From NCBI GenBank assembly GCA_044225505.1, contig JBGAIN010000026.1, positions 1 to 64,000 of the forward strand: a stretch of DNA of 64,000 nt, read 5' to 3'. A model generated the notes under the pieces. The model saw nothing but the letters and a program-made list of their open reading frames with translations, made no database searches and was not told where the DNA came from. Position numbers and translations under genes: made by a program. Shown here piece by piece: positions 38,704 through 49,022 of this stretch. The stretch comes from Limisphaerales bacterium. GTDB lineage: Bacteria; Verrucomicrobiota; Verrucomicrobiia; Limisphaerales; SIBE01. The first letter of the stretch is position 1, and every line of letters begins with the position of its first letter.

Positions 38704-40852
38704 TGGATACCTGAATAGGAAACTGGACTCGCAGCGCTGTCCCTTGTCCGGCGGAGGAAATTAATTCAAGTCTCCCACCCAGAATTTCGACACGCTCGCG
38801 CATTCCCGTGAGACCAAACCGGCCTGCTTTGGAGTCCACCACATGTCGAATGTCAAAGCCGCAGCCATTGTCCACGATCGCAAGGTGGACCTCACGGCCT
38901 TGGCGCTCCAGACGCAGCGAGGCGCTGGACGCAGCCGCGTGGCGAAGGATGTTGCTGCAGGCTTCTTGAACAATACGGTAGACGTTGATTTCCAAGTGGG
39001 ACGGAAGTAATCCATCGATATCATCCATATCGATTTGTTTCCAAGAGACGCCAGCGCGTTCCATTTGACTGACCAAAGACCGCAGCGCTTTAGTCAGTCC
39101 CAGTTGATCGAGCTGATAAGGCCTCAAATTCAGCGCTATATGCCGAACCTCTTCCAAACACTCGGAAGCCGTTGCGGACACACGGCGGAGCTGATCTGCG
39201 AGCAAGTCGTTCGAATTGCCCGTTAACAAACCAAACTGCGCGTCATTCTTGATCACCAAGAGTTTTTGACCCAGGCTATCATGCAAATCCGCCGCAATCC
39301 GCTGCCGCTCTGCCTCCTGAGACTCGATCAACTGACGCGCGAAGGTCTGCTGCAAAATCTGACGTCGCTCCAAGCTGGAGACACGTGCATGGTAAGCCCA
39401 AGCGAGCAGGCCTAAGCCTCCTCCCACAGCCAGTCCCCGAAACGTCCAGGTCCTCCAAAACGGAGCCGCAACTACGAAACTGAGAGTCCGTTCATCCATC
39501 ACTGCGCCTTCCCGCCCTTGGCAGACCCGGACGCGGAATAAATAGCGCCGTGAAGCCAGGTTTGTGTAGGTCGCGATTCCTCCGACGCCAGCGTCCAGCC
39601 AACCCCGGTCAACCTCATCCAATCGATATTGAACTTTGAGGTTGCGCGCCGGACTCAAATTGATCGTCGCGAAATGGATGGAAACGACCTCAGTCCGATA
39701 GGGCACGCGCACGCCCGATCGGTTTAGCGGTGAAGAGGGCGCGCCGCTTGGCTCATCTTCCCGGGACGGATTTCGTGTCAGCAACCGCGAGTCCGCCCAG
39801 ACATCGTCGAAGACGATCCGAGAGCCAGTCCGCCGAAATCCACTTCGCCCTCCCTCGTCATTGCCCTCGAAGTTCGCCGCCAGCATCGACCGAGGTGAGA
39901 ACCGGACAAGCCCGCTCCGTTCAAAAGCGGCCCAGAGATTTCCTTCGTCATCCTCGAAGAGGTGACGCAGCGAGGTCGCGGGGACGGGAGGATCCAGTGG
40001 CAGCTGTTCCACTGGCGTGGTGGGTCCGCACCGCAAGACGTGGCCGTCTCCAGTGGTAACCCAAACCCGGTCTTGTGAATCCTCGAAGATCAGCTGTATG
40101 GAACGAAGGGGCTCTGGAAAAGGTCGCAAGGAATCCTGCCAGCGGCTGTCGGCAAACCGTTGTAAACCTTCCCGCCCTGCCACCCACATTCCCCCACGAC
40201 GGGAGGGTCCGGTCTTCAGCGCAAAAAACTCGGTATTAGCTGCCGGGCTCCTCAGGAGTTCCCAATGATTCGTCGCCCACCAGGAAAGTCGATTGTCGTG
40301 CCGCACCCAGACGGTGCCCGACCGCTCCACGTTAATGCCGATGAACTTCCCAGGACCAGCCTGTCGCGCGTCGATCCAAGCGACCAACCCTGTTGGAGTC
40401 GCCTGAAAAACCTGCCCGTCCCGAGCGCTAATGATGATGTTGCCTTTAGCGTCCGCGTATACGCCATGAACCCCGGCTGAAGGAAACCCCTGCTCCAGCG
40501 TCACCGCTCGAAACTTGCCACCTTCGCCAACCAGCAATGCTCCGTCATCGAGCCCGACCCAAATTCGGCCGCCGGTGTCAAACTGCAGTGCGGCCACACG
40601 CGCTCGGGAAAACTCCGGAACCTGTTCGGCGGAGAACTGTTTGAACCGAATGCCGTCGAACCGCGCCAGTCCGAGGGGCGTACCCAACCAGAGAAACCCG
40701 GAAGTTGATTGCGCGATGCCGATTACGTCGTTATGGGGCAATCCAGAATCGATCTGCCAAAGGTCAATCACGTACTCGTCTAAGTCTGCTGCGCGGCCAA
40801 GCGGAAGAGCGAGACCCAAGACAAACACGACCGATATCAACCACGGCTTCAC
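38672..40852 (-). CDS. Sensor histidine kinase (two-component regulator propeller, Y_Y_Y, TM, HisKA_3)
   Basis: GLPHNDV...GFLWLGT..GLARFDG; YRL...YTNL..RRYLFRV; ERQRIAADLHDSLGQ; DNGCGF and GLTGMRER boxes. Confidence 0.92.
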   Translation of the reverse strand: MKPWLISVVFVLGLALPLGRAADLDEYVIDLWQIDSGLPHNDVIGIAQSTSGFLWLGTPLGLARFDGIRFKQFSAEQVPEFSRARVAALQFDTGGRIWVGLDDGALLVGEGGKFRAVTLEQGFPSAGVHGVYADAKGNIIISARDGQVFQATPTGLVAWIDARQAGPGKFIGINVERSGTVWVRHDNRLSWWATNHWELLRSPAANTEFFALKTGPSRRGGMWVAGREGLQRFADSRWQDSLRPFPEPLRSIQLIFEDSQDRVWVTTGDGHVLRCGPTTPVEQLPLDPPVPATSLRHLFEDDEGNLWAAFERSGLVRFSPRSMLAANFEGNDEGGRSGFRRTGSRIVFDDVWADSRLLTRNPSREDEPSGAPSSPLNRSGVRVPYRTEVVSIHFATINLSPARNLKVQYRLDEVDRGWLDAGVGGIATYTNLASRRYLFRVRVCQGREGAVMDERTLSFVVAAPFWRTWTFRGLAVGGGLGLLAWAYHARVSSLERRQILQQTFARQLIESQEAERQRIAADLHDSLGQKLLVIKNDAQFGLLTGNSNDLLADQLRRVSATASECLEEVRHIALNLRPYQLDQLGLTKALRSLVSQMERAGVSWKQIDMDDIDGLLPSHLEINVYRIVQEACSNILRHAAASSASLRLERQGREVHLAIVDNGCGFDIRHVVDSKAGRFGLTGMRERVEILGGRLELISSAGQGTALRVQFPIQVSNDNSDYSHRG

Positions 40853-41158
40853 CCTATCTAGTTTAATTCAGCCTGGCGTTCAGTAATCGCAACGGAGTCT
40901 CGACCTCGCGGAAAAAGTCCGATTTTAGGTTGACGACTCCAGCAGAACTCCGCGATTGCGCTGAATGCGAGCCTACGAGGCTTTACAAACTGCCCTGATC
41001 TTTCGTGAAACGCCAGTCTCTTTGAATAGGTGCTTCCCCTCATTCGCCTAGTAGACCGCCACTTACCTGGCTGACAAGGCTACGCCGAGCAGACTGTCTC
41101 CTGGACGATTGGACCTGACTCTTCTGGATTTCGCCCTGTGCCGCGCCAGTTCGGGAGA

Positions 41159-41202
41159 GAGGGTCAGTCCCCAGCGGGAATTGAGTGCTAGCACCCATTC
41201 CC
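41159..41202. promoter_or_regulatory. Candidate tandem operator palindromes upstream of the cytochrome c-CHRD gene
   Basis: TGAGTGCTAGCACCCA (41182-41197, near-perfect palindrome) and the related GAGGGTCAGTCCCCAG (41159-41174). Confidence 0.35.
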
Positions 41203-41287
41203 GGCGGCGGCCGGTTCCAGCCAGAATCCGTCCGACTAACAAACCGCTAGAGCGGTGAGCGCTCTCGCGGGCACCCGAGGGAACCAG

Positions 41288-44200
41288 ATGAAACGAACAA
41301 GACCGACCGCTCTATTGTACTGGGCTGTCCGAACGTCGCCGATGCGCGTGATCAGACTCAGCCTAGCTGCGCTTTGCCTACTATCTGCAGGAATAGAAAA
41401 GGCCAGCGCCAATTCGTCACCTATCACGATCTCAAAAGATGACCGCCTGATTTGGGCCGTTAATCCACGCGATAACAGCGTCAGCGTCATCCGCCCCGAT
41501 TCACTCGAGGTGCTGGCCGAGATCGCGGTCGGCCAACAACCCCAAGCGATCGCCATCACTCCAGACAAGAAATGGGTTTACGTCGCCAACACCGGGGACA
41601 ATTCAGTCACTGTGATCCGTATTGACACCGGCGCGTGGGCAAGTTTCTCAGCCTCGGTGGACACGTCGGTCGGAGTGAACGGCCAGATCATCACGGGTGC
41701 TGAACCGTCGGGTATCCTGTGCTCGCCCGACGGGAAGCGAATCTTTGTCGCCAACGCCAGCCAGGATACGATCACGGTTATTAACACCGAAACCCGTACC
41801 GTGATTGGCAATGTGGACCTGCGCAACAGCCTGGCTAACGACCCTGATCGTCGCCGCCATTTTCAACCGGCAGGCTTGGCCATCACCCCGGATAACAAGA
41901 AGCTCTATGTCACTCGCTTTCTTTCCTTCATCAAACCGGGGGGACGGCAAGGCGATGACCAGGGAAAGGAGGGCCTGGTTGCGGTCTTGGATATCGACAC
42001 CTCCTCCACGGCATTGGCCGACTATAAAGTGGCGCGCCTTGTGACCTTGGCTCCTCAAGTCACAGGATTCTCGGTTCCCAATGTCACTAATGCCGCCCAA
42101 GCCGCCACCGCGGCGTTTCCCAATCAGCTCAATTCCATCGTGATTCGCGGTGACCAGGCCTACATTCCCAATATTGCCGCTTCTCCGAGCGGTCCACTGC
42201 GCTTTAACCTGGATACTCACGCTTTTGTCAATGTAATCGCCGGTGTCAATAGTGATCAACCCGCTGACTTTGGAGCGATCAATCTGCACCTTGGCGCCCG
42301 AGATCCGGAACCCGGCAAACGCAAACTCTTCTTTGCCAACCCCTGGGCGATGGCTTTCACCAGTGCCAGCGGCGTTGGTTCCGCCTATATCGTGAGTGCG
42401 GCCAGCGATCTGCTCGTCAAGGTCAATGTCGGTGCGGATGGACGCCTGGCTTTCACAGGAGACGAGAACACCACACGCTACATCGATCTCAACAATCCGG
42501 ATGATCCGTTAACTGCCGGTCGTAACGCCGGCAAAAATCCTCAAGGGATCGTCATTACGAGCGATGGCACCCGCGCTTACGTTAACAATTTCCTCTCGAA
42601 GAATGTCAGCGTGGTTGACCTCACCACGGATGCTGTCATCAAGGTCATCCCCTTAAAACCGTTGCCCGCGCCCGGATCACTCCAAGAAAAGGTCCTCGTC
42701 GGAGCCGAAGTCTTTTTCTCGTCACGTGGCCACTTTGATTCCGTCGACGGAGCGACTGTCTCTCTGCAAGACCGGCTTTCGAGTGAAGGATGGCAAGGCT
42801 GCTCCAGTTGCCACCCGCACGGGCTGACCGACGGAGTCGTTTGGCAATTTGCCGCGGGACCGCGCAAGAGCGTGCAAATGAATGCAACTTTCAACCCGCT
42901 TCACCCGGAGCGCCAGCGGCTGTTGAATTACTCGGCGATTTTCGACGAAGTCGACGATTTCGAGATTAATATCCGCAACGTCTCCGGTCCCGGCAACCTT
43001 CCAAACACCACCCCCCCTCAACTCGACCCCAACCATGGTTTGTTGATCGGTGACGACGGCAGTATCAACGCCGCGCCCGGCGTCGTGAACGGTTTTGCCA
43101 AGGCCAATTCGGATCGCCCTCAGCACACGATCACTCTTCCGGGTAGTTCCGTCAAAATCCCAGCCTTAACCGCATTGCGCGAATGGACTCGCGTCGCGAT
43201 CCGGACTCCAAACGCACCCCTTCCTGGTTACGGCGGCGCCGGTGCCGACGCGGCAACCGTGGCGGACGGCCGCCGACTCTTTGAGCAAGTGGGCTGCGCC
43301 ACATGCCATGGGGGAAGCCACTGGACTATTTCCTTCAAGGATTTCACCTCGCCTCCTCCGACCAACCAGGTATTCACCGAAACCAACCCAACTCCACAAA
43401 GCGGCAACCCGGTGGGCGTGCAGTACCTCAACCGATTTCTGCGCGACGCCGCAACTTTCAACCTGGGTGTCCCTGGGGGAGGCAATGAGTTCGGCAAGAA
43501 TATCGGGGCGGTTGAACAAGCCGCGCCCACGGTGGCCAACGGTGTCATAGTCCCTGGCCTGGACGGGTTGGGCAAGGACTACAATGGCGATGGCGCCGGT
43601 AACGGTTTCAATGTCCCATCCCTGCTCGGCATCCTCGCCATGCCGCCGTATAACCACAACGGATCCGTCGAATCCATTGCTGAAATCCTCGATGACCCGC
43701 GGCATTGGCAGCATGGCGGAGGAGATGCAACCCTCTTGAACGATCCCGCCAAGAAGGCAGCATTGGCTGCCTTCATTGAATCAATCGACCACGATACCCC
43801 CATCTTCAATATCCCTGGCGAACCCCTCTTTATCACTGAAATCTCCCGGACCGGCGCCCAAGCTGGTTTCACCTGGATTGGCGGCAATGGCCCGTTCGCT
43901 CTGCAAAAGAAGCAAGCGCTCCACGAAGCCGAGTTCGCCACGGTCGCCACGACCGTCGCACGTGATGCCGCGGATAGCGCGGGAGGCGCCTCCGTTTTTT
44001 ACCGCATCTACGATCTTGCCGCGGCTCCCACCGTTTGGCTGAACGTCGCGTTGACGGGCGACGCGATTCGGCCCAACCCAATCGACAGTCCTGCGCATGG
44101 CTTCGGGTATCTGCGCGTCAAAGGCAATACGCTCTCCTTCACCATGACGTACCAAGGCCTCTCTGGACCAGCGACCGCTGCAACTATCCACGGGCCTGCT

Positions 44201-45535
44201 CTCGCCTCCGGAACCGGGCCAATCCTTTTGGATCTGACTCCGTTCATCGGTGCGAAACCCGGTGCCGCGGGCAGCTTCACCGGCTCGCTGCCGATAACCC
44301 CAGAACAGAAAGCCTTCATTCTGGGACACCGCTGCTACGTCCGGTTTTCCACCGCGAGCAATCCGGATGGCGAAATCCGAGGCCAGGCAGTTACCGCCGT
44401 GCTCAAAGCGAGCTTGAGCGGATCTGGAGAACGACCAACGCCGCTCTCGAACCTGGGAGGCGGCCTGGCCCTTTTCACTCTGGTTGGGCGCGACCTGACA
44501 TTCCACATCAACTACCAAGGATTATCCGGGGTCGCGACCGCAGCTCATATCCATGGCCCCTCGCTTGACACCAGCACAGCGGCCCCGCTCATCGACCTGA
44601 AAGACTTCGCCGTGGGCGGCTTTTCCAATGACGGCGCCATCGCAGGCACGGTGACTCTCGATGACCGCCAACTCTCGGCCATTGTGGACGGTCTCACCTA
44701 CGTCAACATTCACACGGCAGCGAATCCAGGTGGTGAAATCCGCGGACAAATTACCGAGTATAATACCGCAATTCCGTTCAGCGCGACGCTGAGCGGAGCA
44801 GCCGAGCGACCTAACCCCGTCGATTCGCTCGCCACCGGTTTCGCCAGTGCGGGACTGATCGGCAATCAACTCACACTGCATGTCGTCTATCGCGGACTTT
44901 CCGGCCCCCCCACCGCCGCCGATATTCAAGGCCCCGCACCCGCGAGCGGGGCGGCGGGCAACCTGATTAACCTGTTCCCACTCGCCAAAGGGCCTCTCGG
45001 TCCGGTCGCGGCCTTCTCAGGAACAGTCGAGCTGACTGATGAGATCCGACGCCAACTGCTCAGTGGCGATACCTACATCAATATCCACACGGCGAAGAAC
45101 CCAGACGGAGAAGTCCGCGGCCAGATCGCTCCCATTCTAATGGACGCCGTGCTGAGCGGTGCCAACGAACGGCCTAATGCCGTTGCTTCGGACGCGGTCG
45201 GCAGCGCGCGCGTCACCTTGCTCGGAGATCGGCTTAGCTTCCAATTGGACTACGCGAATCTCTCGGGTGACGCCACTTTGGCGCACATTCACGGCCCAGC
45301 TGGGGTCGATCAAACCGCCCCGCCCTTGATCGATCTGAAGGCCTTCGCTCTGGGCAGTTTCAGCCGACTCGGATTTGTTCTCGGATCCATTCAGCTGCAA
45401 CCGAAAGAAATCGAAACGATCGTCGATGGGTTAGGGTATTTTAACGTCCACACTGCGGCCAACCCAGGCGGAGAAATCCGCGGTCAGATTCGTCCCGTGG
45501 TTGATCTCGGGACAGATAACAACCCGGCGAACTAA
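41288..45535 (+). CDS. Secreted YVTN/YncE beta-propeller, diheme cytochrome c and four CHRD domains
   Basis: YVAN...NSVTVI blades; CSSCH (42800) and CATCH (43295); PSLLG...PYNHNGS; four LSG..ERP...HGP...GE(I/V)RGQ units. Confidence 0.88.
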   Translation: MKRTRPTALLYWAVRTSPMRVIRLSLAALCLLSAGIEKASANSSPITISKDDRLIWAVNPRDNSVSVIRPDSLEVLAEIAVGQQPQAIAITPDKKWVYVANTGDNSVTVIRIDTGAWASFSASVDTSVGVNGQIITGAEPSGILCSPDGKRIFVANASQDTITVINTETRTVIGNVDLRNSLANDPDRRRHFQPAGLAITPDNKKLYVTRFLSFIKPGGRQGDDQGKEGLVAVLDIDTSSTALADYKVARLVTLAPQVTGFSVPNVTNAAQAATAAFPNQLNSIVIRGDQAYIPNIAASPSGPLRFNLDTHAFVNVIAGVNSDQPADFGAINLHLGARDPEPGKRKLFFANPWAMAFTSASGVGSAYIVSAASDLLVKVNVGADGRLAFTGDENTTRYIDLNNPDDPLTAGRNAGKNPQGIVITSDGTRAYVNNFLSKNVSVVDLTTDAVIKVIPLKPLPAPGSLQEKVLVGAEVFFSSRGHFDSVDGATVSLQDRLSSEGWQGCSSCHPHGLTDGVVWQFAAGPRKSVQMNATFNPLHPERQRLLNYSAIFDEVDDFEINIRNVSGPGNLPNTTPPQLDPNHGLLIGDDGSINAAPGVVNGFAKANSDRPQHTITLPGSSVKIPALTALREWTRVAIRTPNAPLPGYGGAGADAATVADGRRLFEQVGCATCHGGSHWTISFKDFTSPPPTNQVFTETNPTPQSGNPVGVQYLNRFLRDAATFNLGVPGGGNEFGKNIGAVEQAAPTVANGVIVPGLDGLGKDYNGDGAGNGFNVPSLLGILAMPPYNHNGSVESIAEILDDPRHWQHGGGDATLLNDPAKKAALAAFIESIDHDTPIFNIPGEPLFITEISRTGAQAGFTWIGGNGPFALQKKQALHEAEFATVATTVARDAADSAGGASVFYRIYDLAAAPTVWLNVALTGDAIRPNPIDSPAHGFGYLRVKGNTLSFTMTYQGLSGPATAATIHGPALASGTGPILLDLTPFIGAKPGAAGSFTGSLPITPEQKAFILGHRCYVRFSTASNPDGEIRGQAVTAVLKASLSGSGERPTPLSNLGGGLALFTLVGRDLTFHINYQGLSGVATAAHIHGPSLDTSTAAPLIDLKDFAVGGFSNDGAIAGTVTLDDRQLSAIVDGLTYVNIHTAANPGGEIRGQITEYNTAIPFSATLSGAAERPNPVDSLATGFASAGLIGNQLTLHVVYRGLSGPPTAADIQGPAPASGAAGNLINLFPLAKGPLGPVAAFSGTVELTDEIRRQLLSGDTYINIHTAKNPDGEVRGQIAPILMDAVLSGANERPNAVASDAVGSARVTLLGDRLSFQLDYANLSGDATLAHIHGPAGVDQTAPPLIDLKAFALGSFSRLGFVLGSIQLQPKEIETIVDGLGYFNVHTAANPGGEIRGQIRPVVDLGTDNNPAN

Positions 45536-45552
45536 GATAATTCTCCGGTCGG

Positions 45553-45590
45553 CGAGAGCGCCAGCATGCCCGCTGGCGCTCTTCTTTTTC
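45553..45590 (+). terminator. Rho-independent terminator
   Basis: 11-bp stem AGAGCGCCAGC/GCTGGCGCTCT followed by TCTTTTT, about 20 bp after the stop codon. Confidence 0.8.
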
Positions 45591-45879
45591 CCGGTTGAAC
45601 TTGTCGCAAGAGCCGTTTTCGTTCGGCTCTGTCCTGTCGTCACTCCAGACATGGAGGAGCCAGCAGGACTCGTTCTTGCTCTGGAAGCGGAAAGAACGAT
45701 ACTCTCGGGGAAATGCGTTCGTTGATCTCGGGTGTTCCCGTCAGCAGAGTCCCATTTCGGGGTCAGTCTTTGGCCCCAAAAACCACGTTTTTAAAGAACG
45801 GCCTCCAATCGCTTGCCCATGGCCCGGCGGCGGCCTTGCTTGGCATCGGATCGGCCGATCGCGCTCCCTTTAACGGCGC

Positions 45880-48081
45880 ATGAGCTCTCGCCCTGGCTTG
45901 GCGGCGTCGTTTCTGCCTAACTTGATTGCCGGACTGACCTCCGGACTTGTCACTCTCGTTTACAGTATCTCGTTTGCCGCCCTGATCTTCTCCGGCAAAC
46001 TCACCGCTTATCTTCCCCAGGGTGTGGGCAGCGCGCTGATTGGAGCCACGGTCACAGCCATCCTTGTCGCTTGGCGTAGCCCTTTCCCATTCACCCTCGC
46101 TGGCCTCGAAGCGAACTCGGCCATTATTATCACCTTGGCGGCCGCATCCATTGCATCAGCCCTCGACCAGGCCGGATCCGAATCCTTCATCTACCCCACG
46201 GTCTGGGCAGCGATCATTCTAAGCACTGCGAGCACGGGACTGTTTCTCTACGCCTTGGGCCGATTTGGCTGGGGGCGCCTCGCCCGATATATCCCATATC
46301 CTGTGATTGGAGGGTTCCTCGCTGGCACGGGGTGGCTGATCACGCGCAGCTCGTTCAAGGTCATGACGGGTATCCCTCTGAGCCTTGCAGAGTTTCCCGC
46401 CATGTTTCATGGCCCGGTGGCTGCCCAATGGCTGTGCGGCGCTGTCATGGCCGCTATCCTTTTGATTGTTCTGCAACGTTCCAAACACTTCCTCACCTTG
46501 CCAGCCGTGCTCGTGGGTGGGATCGGGCTCGGGAACGCGATTTGGCTGCTGCTGGGACAAGCGTCGGTTTCGTTAAACCATGAAGCGTGGTTCTTCAATG
46601 CCTTCTCCCACGAGAGCCTCTGGCAAGCATGGGCACCCTCCACCCTGAGCCATATCGATTGGCGGGTTCTCTTCCACCAAACCGGGACTCTGCTCGCAAT
46701 GATGGTAATCGTCATGCTCTCCATCCTCCTGAATTCGACCGGACTCGAGCTGGCCACATCGCGCCACGTCGATCTGGATCAGGAACTTCGAGCCAACGGA
46801 ATTGCCAACATCGTGAATGGGTGTTGCGGTGGAATCGTCGGGTATCTGTCCATTAATCGCTGCCTGCTCAACCAGCAAGCGGGGGCGCGATCGCCCGTGG
46901 CTGGAATGATTGCCGGCGGGGTTTGCGGCTCGGTGCTCCTACTTGGCTCCTCGTTTCTGGCGTATGTTCCCAAACCAGTGCTCGGCGGTTTGCTGCTTTA
47001 TATTGGCTACACCTTTCTTTCTCGATGGGTCTATCATGCCTGGTGGCAATTCCCGCGTCTGGACTACTGCCTCATCGTCGTCATCCTGATCATCATCGCC
47101 ACGCTCGGATTCCTGCAGGGCGTCGGCGCCGGCCTTTTGATCGCCTGCCTCTTGTTTATTGTCAGCTACGGGAAAACCTCCAGCATCAAACACACCCTTT
47201 CGGGAAAACAACTCCAAAGCAACGTTGTCCGATCGGCCGCGCAACAGAGCTATCTGCAAGATCAAGGCGACAGCATCGCGATTCTGGTCCTTCACGGATT
47301 TGTCTTCTTCGGCACGGCGAACGACCTGTTGGAAAGGATTCGCCAGCGGTTGTCCGTGGGCCATTCACAGCCGCTCAAGTTTGCCGTCTTCGATTTTCGA
47401 CTCGTCACCGGTCTGGACTCCTCCGCGGTGCTGAGCTTCCTGAAGCTGCGGCAACTCGCGGACAAATCGGGATTGCGGCTGGTATTCACCCAATTAATCC
47501 CCGCGATTGAAAACCAACTACGCCAGGGAGGTTTGTTTCCCAAAGGCGCCTCTGATCTACGCTGCTGTCCCGACTTGGACCGCGGCCTGGAATGGTGCGA
47601 AGACCAACTTCTGTTGGAAGGGCAACTTCTCGACCATCTCGCCGCACCTTTGTCCTTGCAACTCGAAGAACTGTTGCACGATGCCGAATCGGCGTCCGCC
47701 ATGATTCCACACTTTCAACCGGTGGACATTGCTGAAGGGCAGACGCTCTTTTGCGAGGGCGACCCCGCTGATGGATTGTACTTTCTCGAATCTGGCCGTG
47801 CCTCCGTAGTCGTCGAGTTGACCGGTGGGCGCACACTTCGACGCCGCACTTACACGAGCGGTGTCATCCTGGGGGAGATGGGGTTTTACTGCCAAGCCCC
47901 GCGTTCGGCCTCAGTGATCGCAGACGAACCGTGCCGGCTTCATTACCTATCCGCGGCCAGGTTCCAACGTATTGAAGCGGACACGCCGCATTTGGCCTCT
48001 TGTTTTAACCGAGGCGTCGTCAAGCTCGTGGCGGAACGGTTGCGCCGATCTGAAGAAGAAGTTCGCGGCCTGATGAAATGA
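45880..48081 (+). CDS. SulP/SLC26 anion transporter with STAS and cyclic-nucleotide-binding domains
   Basis: Many TM helices; IPYPVIGGFLAG, ELRANGIAN, GFVFFGTAN, DFRLVTGLDSSA (STAS) and GEMG...PRSASV (cNMP). Confidence 0.93.
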   Translation: MSSRPGLAASFLPNLIAGLTSGLVTLVYSISFAALIFSGKLTAYLPQGVGSALIGATVTAILVAWRSPFPFTLAGLEANSAIIITLAAASIASALDQAGSESFIYPTVWAAIILSTASTGLFLYALGRFGWGRLARYIPYPVIGGFLAGTGWLITRSSFKVMTGIPLSLAEFPAMFHGPVAAQWLCGAVMAAILLIVLQRSKHFLTLPAVLVGGIGLGNAIWLLLGQASVSLNHEAWFFNAFSHESLWQAWAPSTLSHIDWRVLFHQTGTLLAMMVIVMLSILLNSTGLELATSRHVDLDQELRANGIANIVNGCCGGIVGYLSINRCLLNQQAGARSPVAGMIAGGVCGSVLLLGSSFLAYVPKPVLGGLLLYIGYTFLSRWVYHAWWQFPRLDYCLIVVILIIIATLGFLQGVGAGLLIACLLFIVSYGKTSSIKHTLSGKQLQSNVVRSAAQQSYLQDQGDSIAILVLHGFVFFGTANDLLERIRQRLSVGHSQPLKFAVFDFRLVTGLDSSAVLSFLKLRQLADKSGLRLVFTQLIPAIENQLRQGGLFPKGASDLRCCPDLDRGLEWCEDQLLLEGQLLDHLAAPLSLQLEELLHDAESASAMIPHFQPVDIAEGQTLFCEGDPADGLYFLESGRASVVVELTGGRTLRRRTYTSGVILGEMGFYCQAPRSASVIADEPCRLHYLSAARFQRIEADTPHLASCFNRGVVKLVAERLRRSEEEVRGLMK

Positions 48082-48100
48082 GCAACGCGGCTCGTCCCGC

Positions 48101-48931
48101 CTAGTTCGAGAACAGCTGGCTAACTATTTCACGGTGCGGCAGATCATCGCGATGCCAGGAACGCAGGACTGCGTCCTCGCGCACATCAAACAGGGCGCGC
48201 GCTTTTCTGGCTTCGACATGGCCATCGCAAAACACGATATTAAATTGCCCGCCATGACGACGTCGCGACAACTGGAGCCACTTGGCGCCATCCACCACCG
48301 GCTTCGGAGGCATCAACCCTAGTTCGGGCCACAACGCCATGGCCGGCTCCGACATGGGATTGAGGTTGGCGCCATCGATCACCGATTCGATGGGAAGTGC
48401 GCCGGGTAAGGGGATAATTTGGATAAGTGAATCGCCCAAGCTGATGAGTCGGCTCGGGCTGACCACTCCGCGATCCTGGAACACGTTGATCGGGCTGATC
48501 CCCGGCGCCACGCGTATCTGCAGCCGCTCGATTTCCGTGATGCTGATTTGGTTCCAGGAATAGCTGCCGACTTGTGAGGGGTAGCTCTTCCGGGATCCCA
48601 AGCGCAGGAACGCGGGACAACTTCTCACCCCGTTGGTACCTTGATTTCCGGATATTCCGTTTGGGATACGTCGAAAGGTCGTCCCCGTATACGCCTCCAG
48701 AGCCACAATCCAAGGGAGCGAGTTGCCCACGAACCCTTCATCCGGGTGATCGTCCAGATACAAGCGCGCTGCGAAGCTGTATTGGCGCAAATTGCTCTTG
48801 CACACGCTGGCGTGCGCAGACGCCTTGGCTTTGGACAATGTCGGCAAAAGCAAGCTCGCGAGGATGGCCACCACCGCAATGACAACGAGCAGTTCAACCA
48901 GCGTAAACGCCCGATTGCAGGTCTCATTCAT
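48101..48931 (-). CDS. Prepilin-type N-methylation protein with H-X9-DG motif (PVC pilin-like family)
   Basis: A|FTLVELLVVIAVVAILASLLLP, CKSNLRQ and RHGGQFNIVFCDGHV motifs. Confidence 0.92.
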   Translation of the reverse strand: MNETCNRAFTLVELLVVIAVVAILASLLLPTLSKAKASAHASVCKSNLRQYSFAARLYLDDHPDEGFVGNSLPWIVALEAYTGTTFRRIPNGISGNQGTNGVRSCPAFLRLGSRKSYPSQVGSYSWNQISITEIERLQIRVAPGISPINVFQDRGVVSPSRLISLGDSLIQIIPLPGALPIESVIDGANLNPMSEPAMALWPELGLMPPKPVVDGAKWLQLSRRRHGGQFNIVFCDGHVEARKARALFDVREDAVLRSWHRDDLPHREIVSQLFSN

Positions 48932-49022
48932 CGCCCTACGGATTACGAGGCGACGCTAAGCCGGTTCCCAGGATTGTCAATCCGCCCGAGGACGTCCCGA
49001 TACGCAGCCCAATCAAACCGGC

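Noticed and set aside
45841..45855. Sigma-54 site before the SulP gene (TGGCATCGGATCGGC)
   Set aside because: GG-N10-GC spacing is right, but the -12 element is CGGC, which is too likely by chance in GC-rich DNA.
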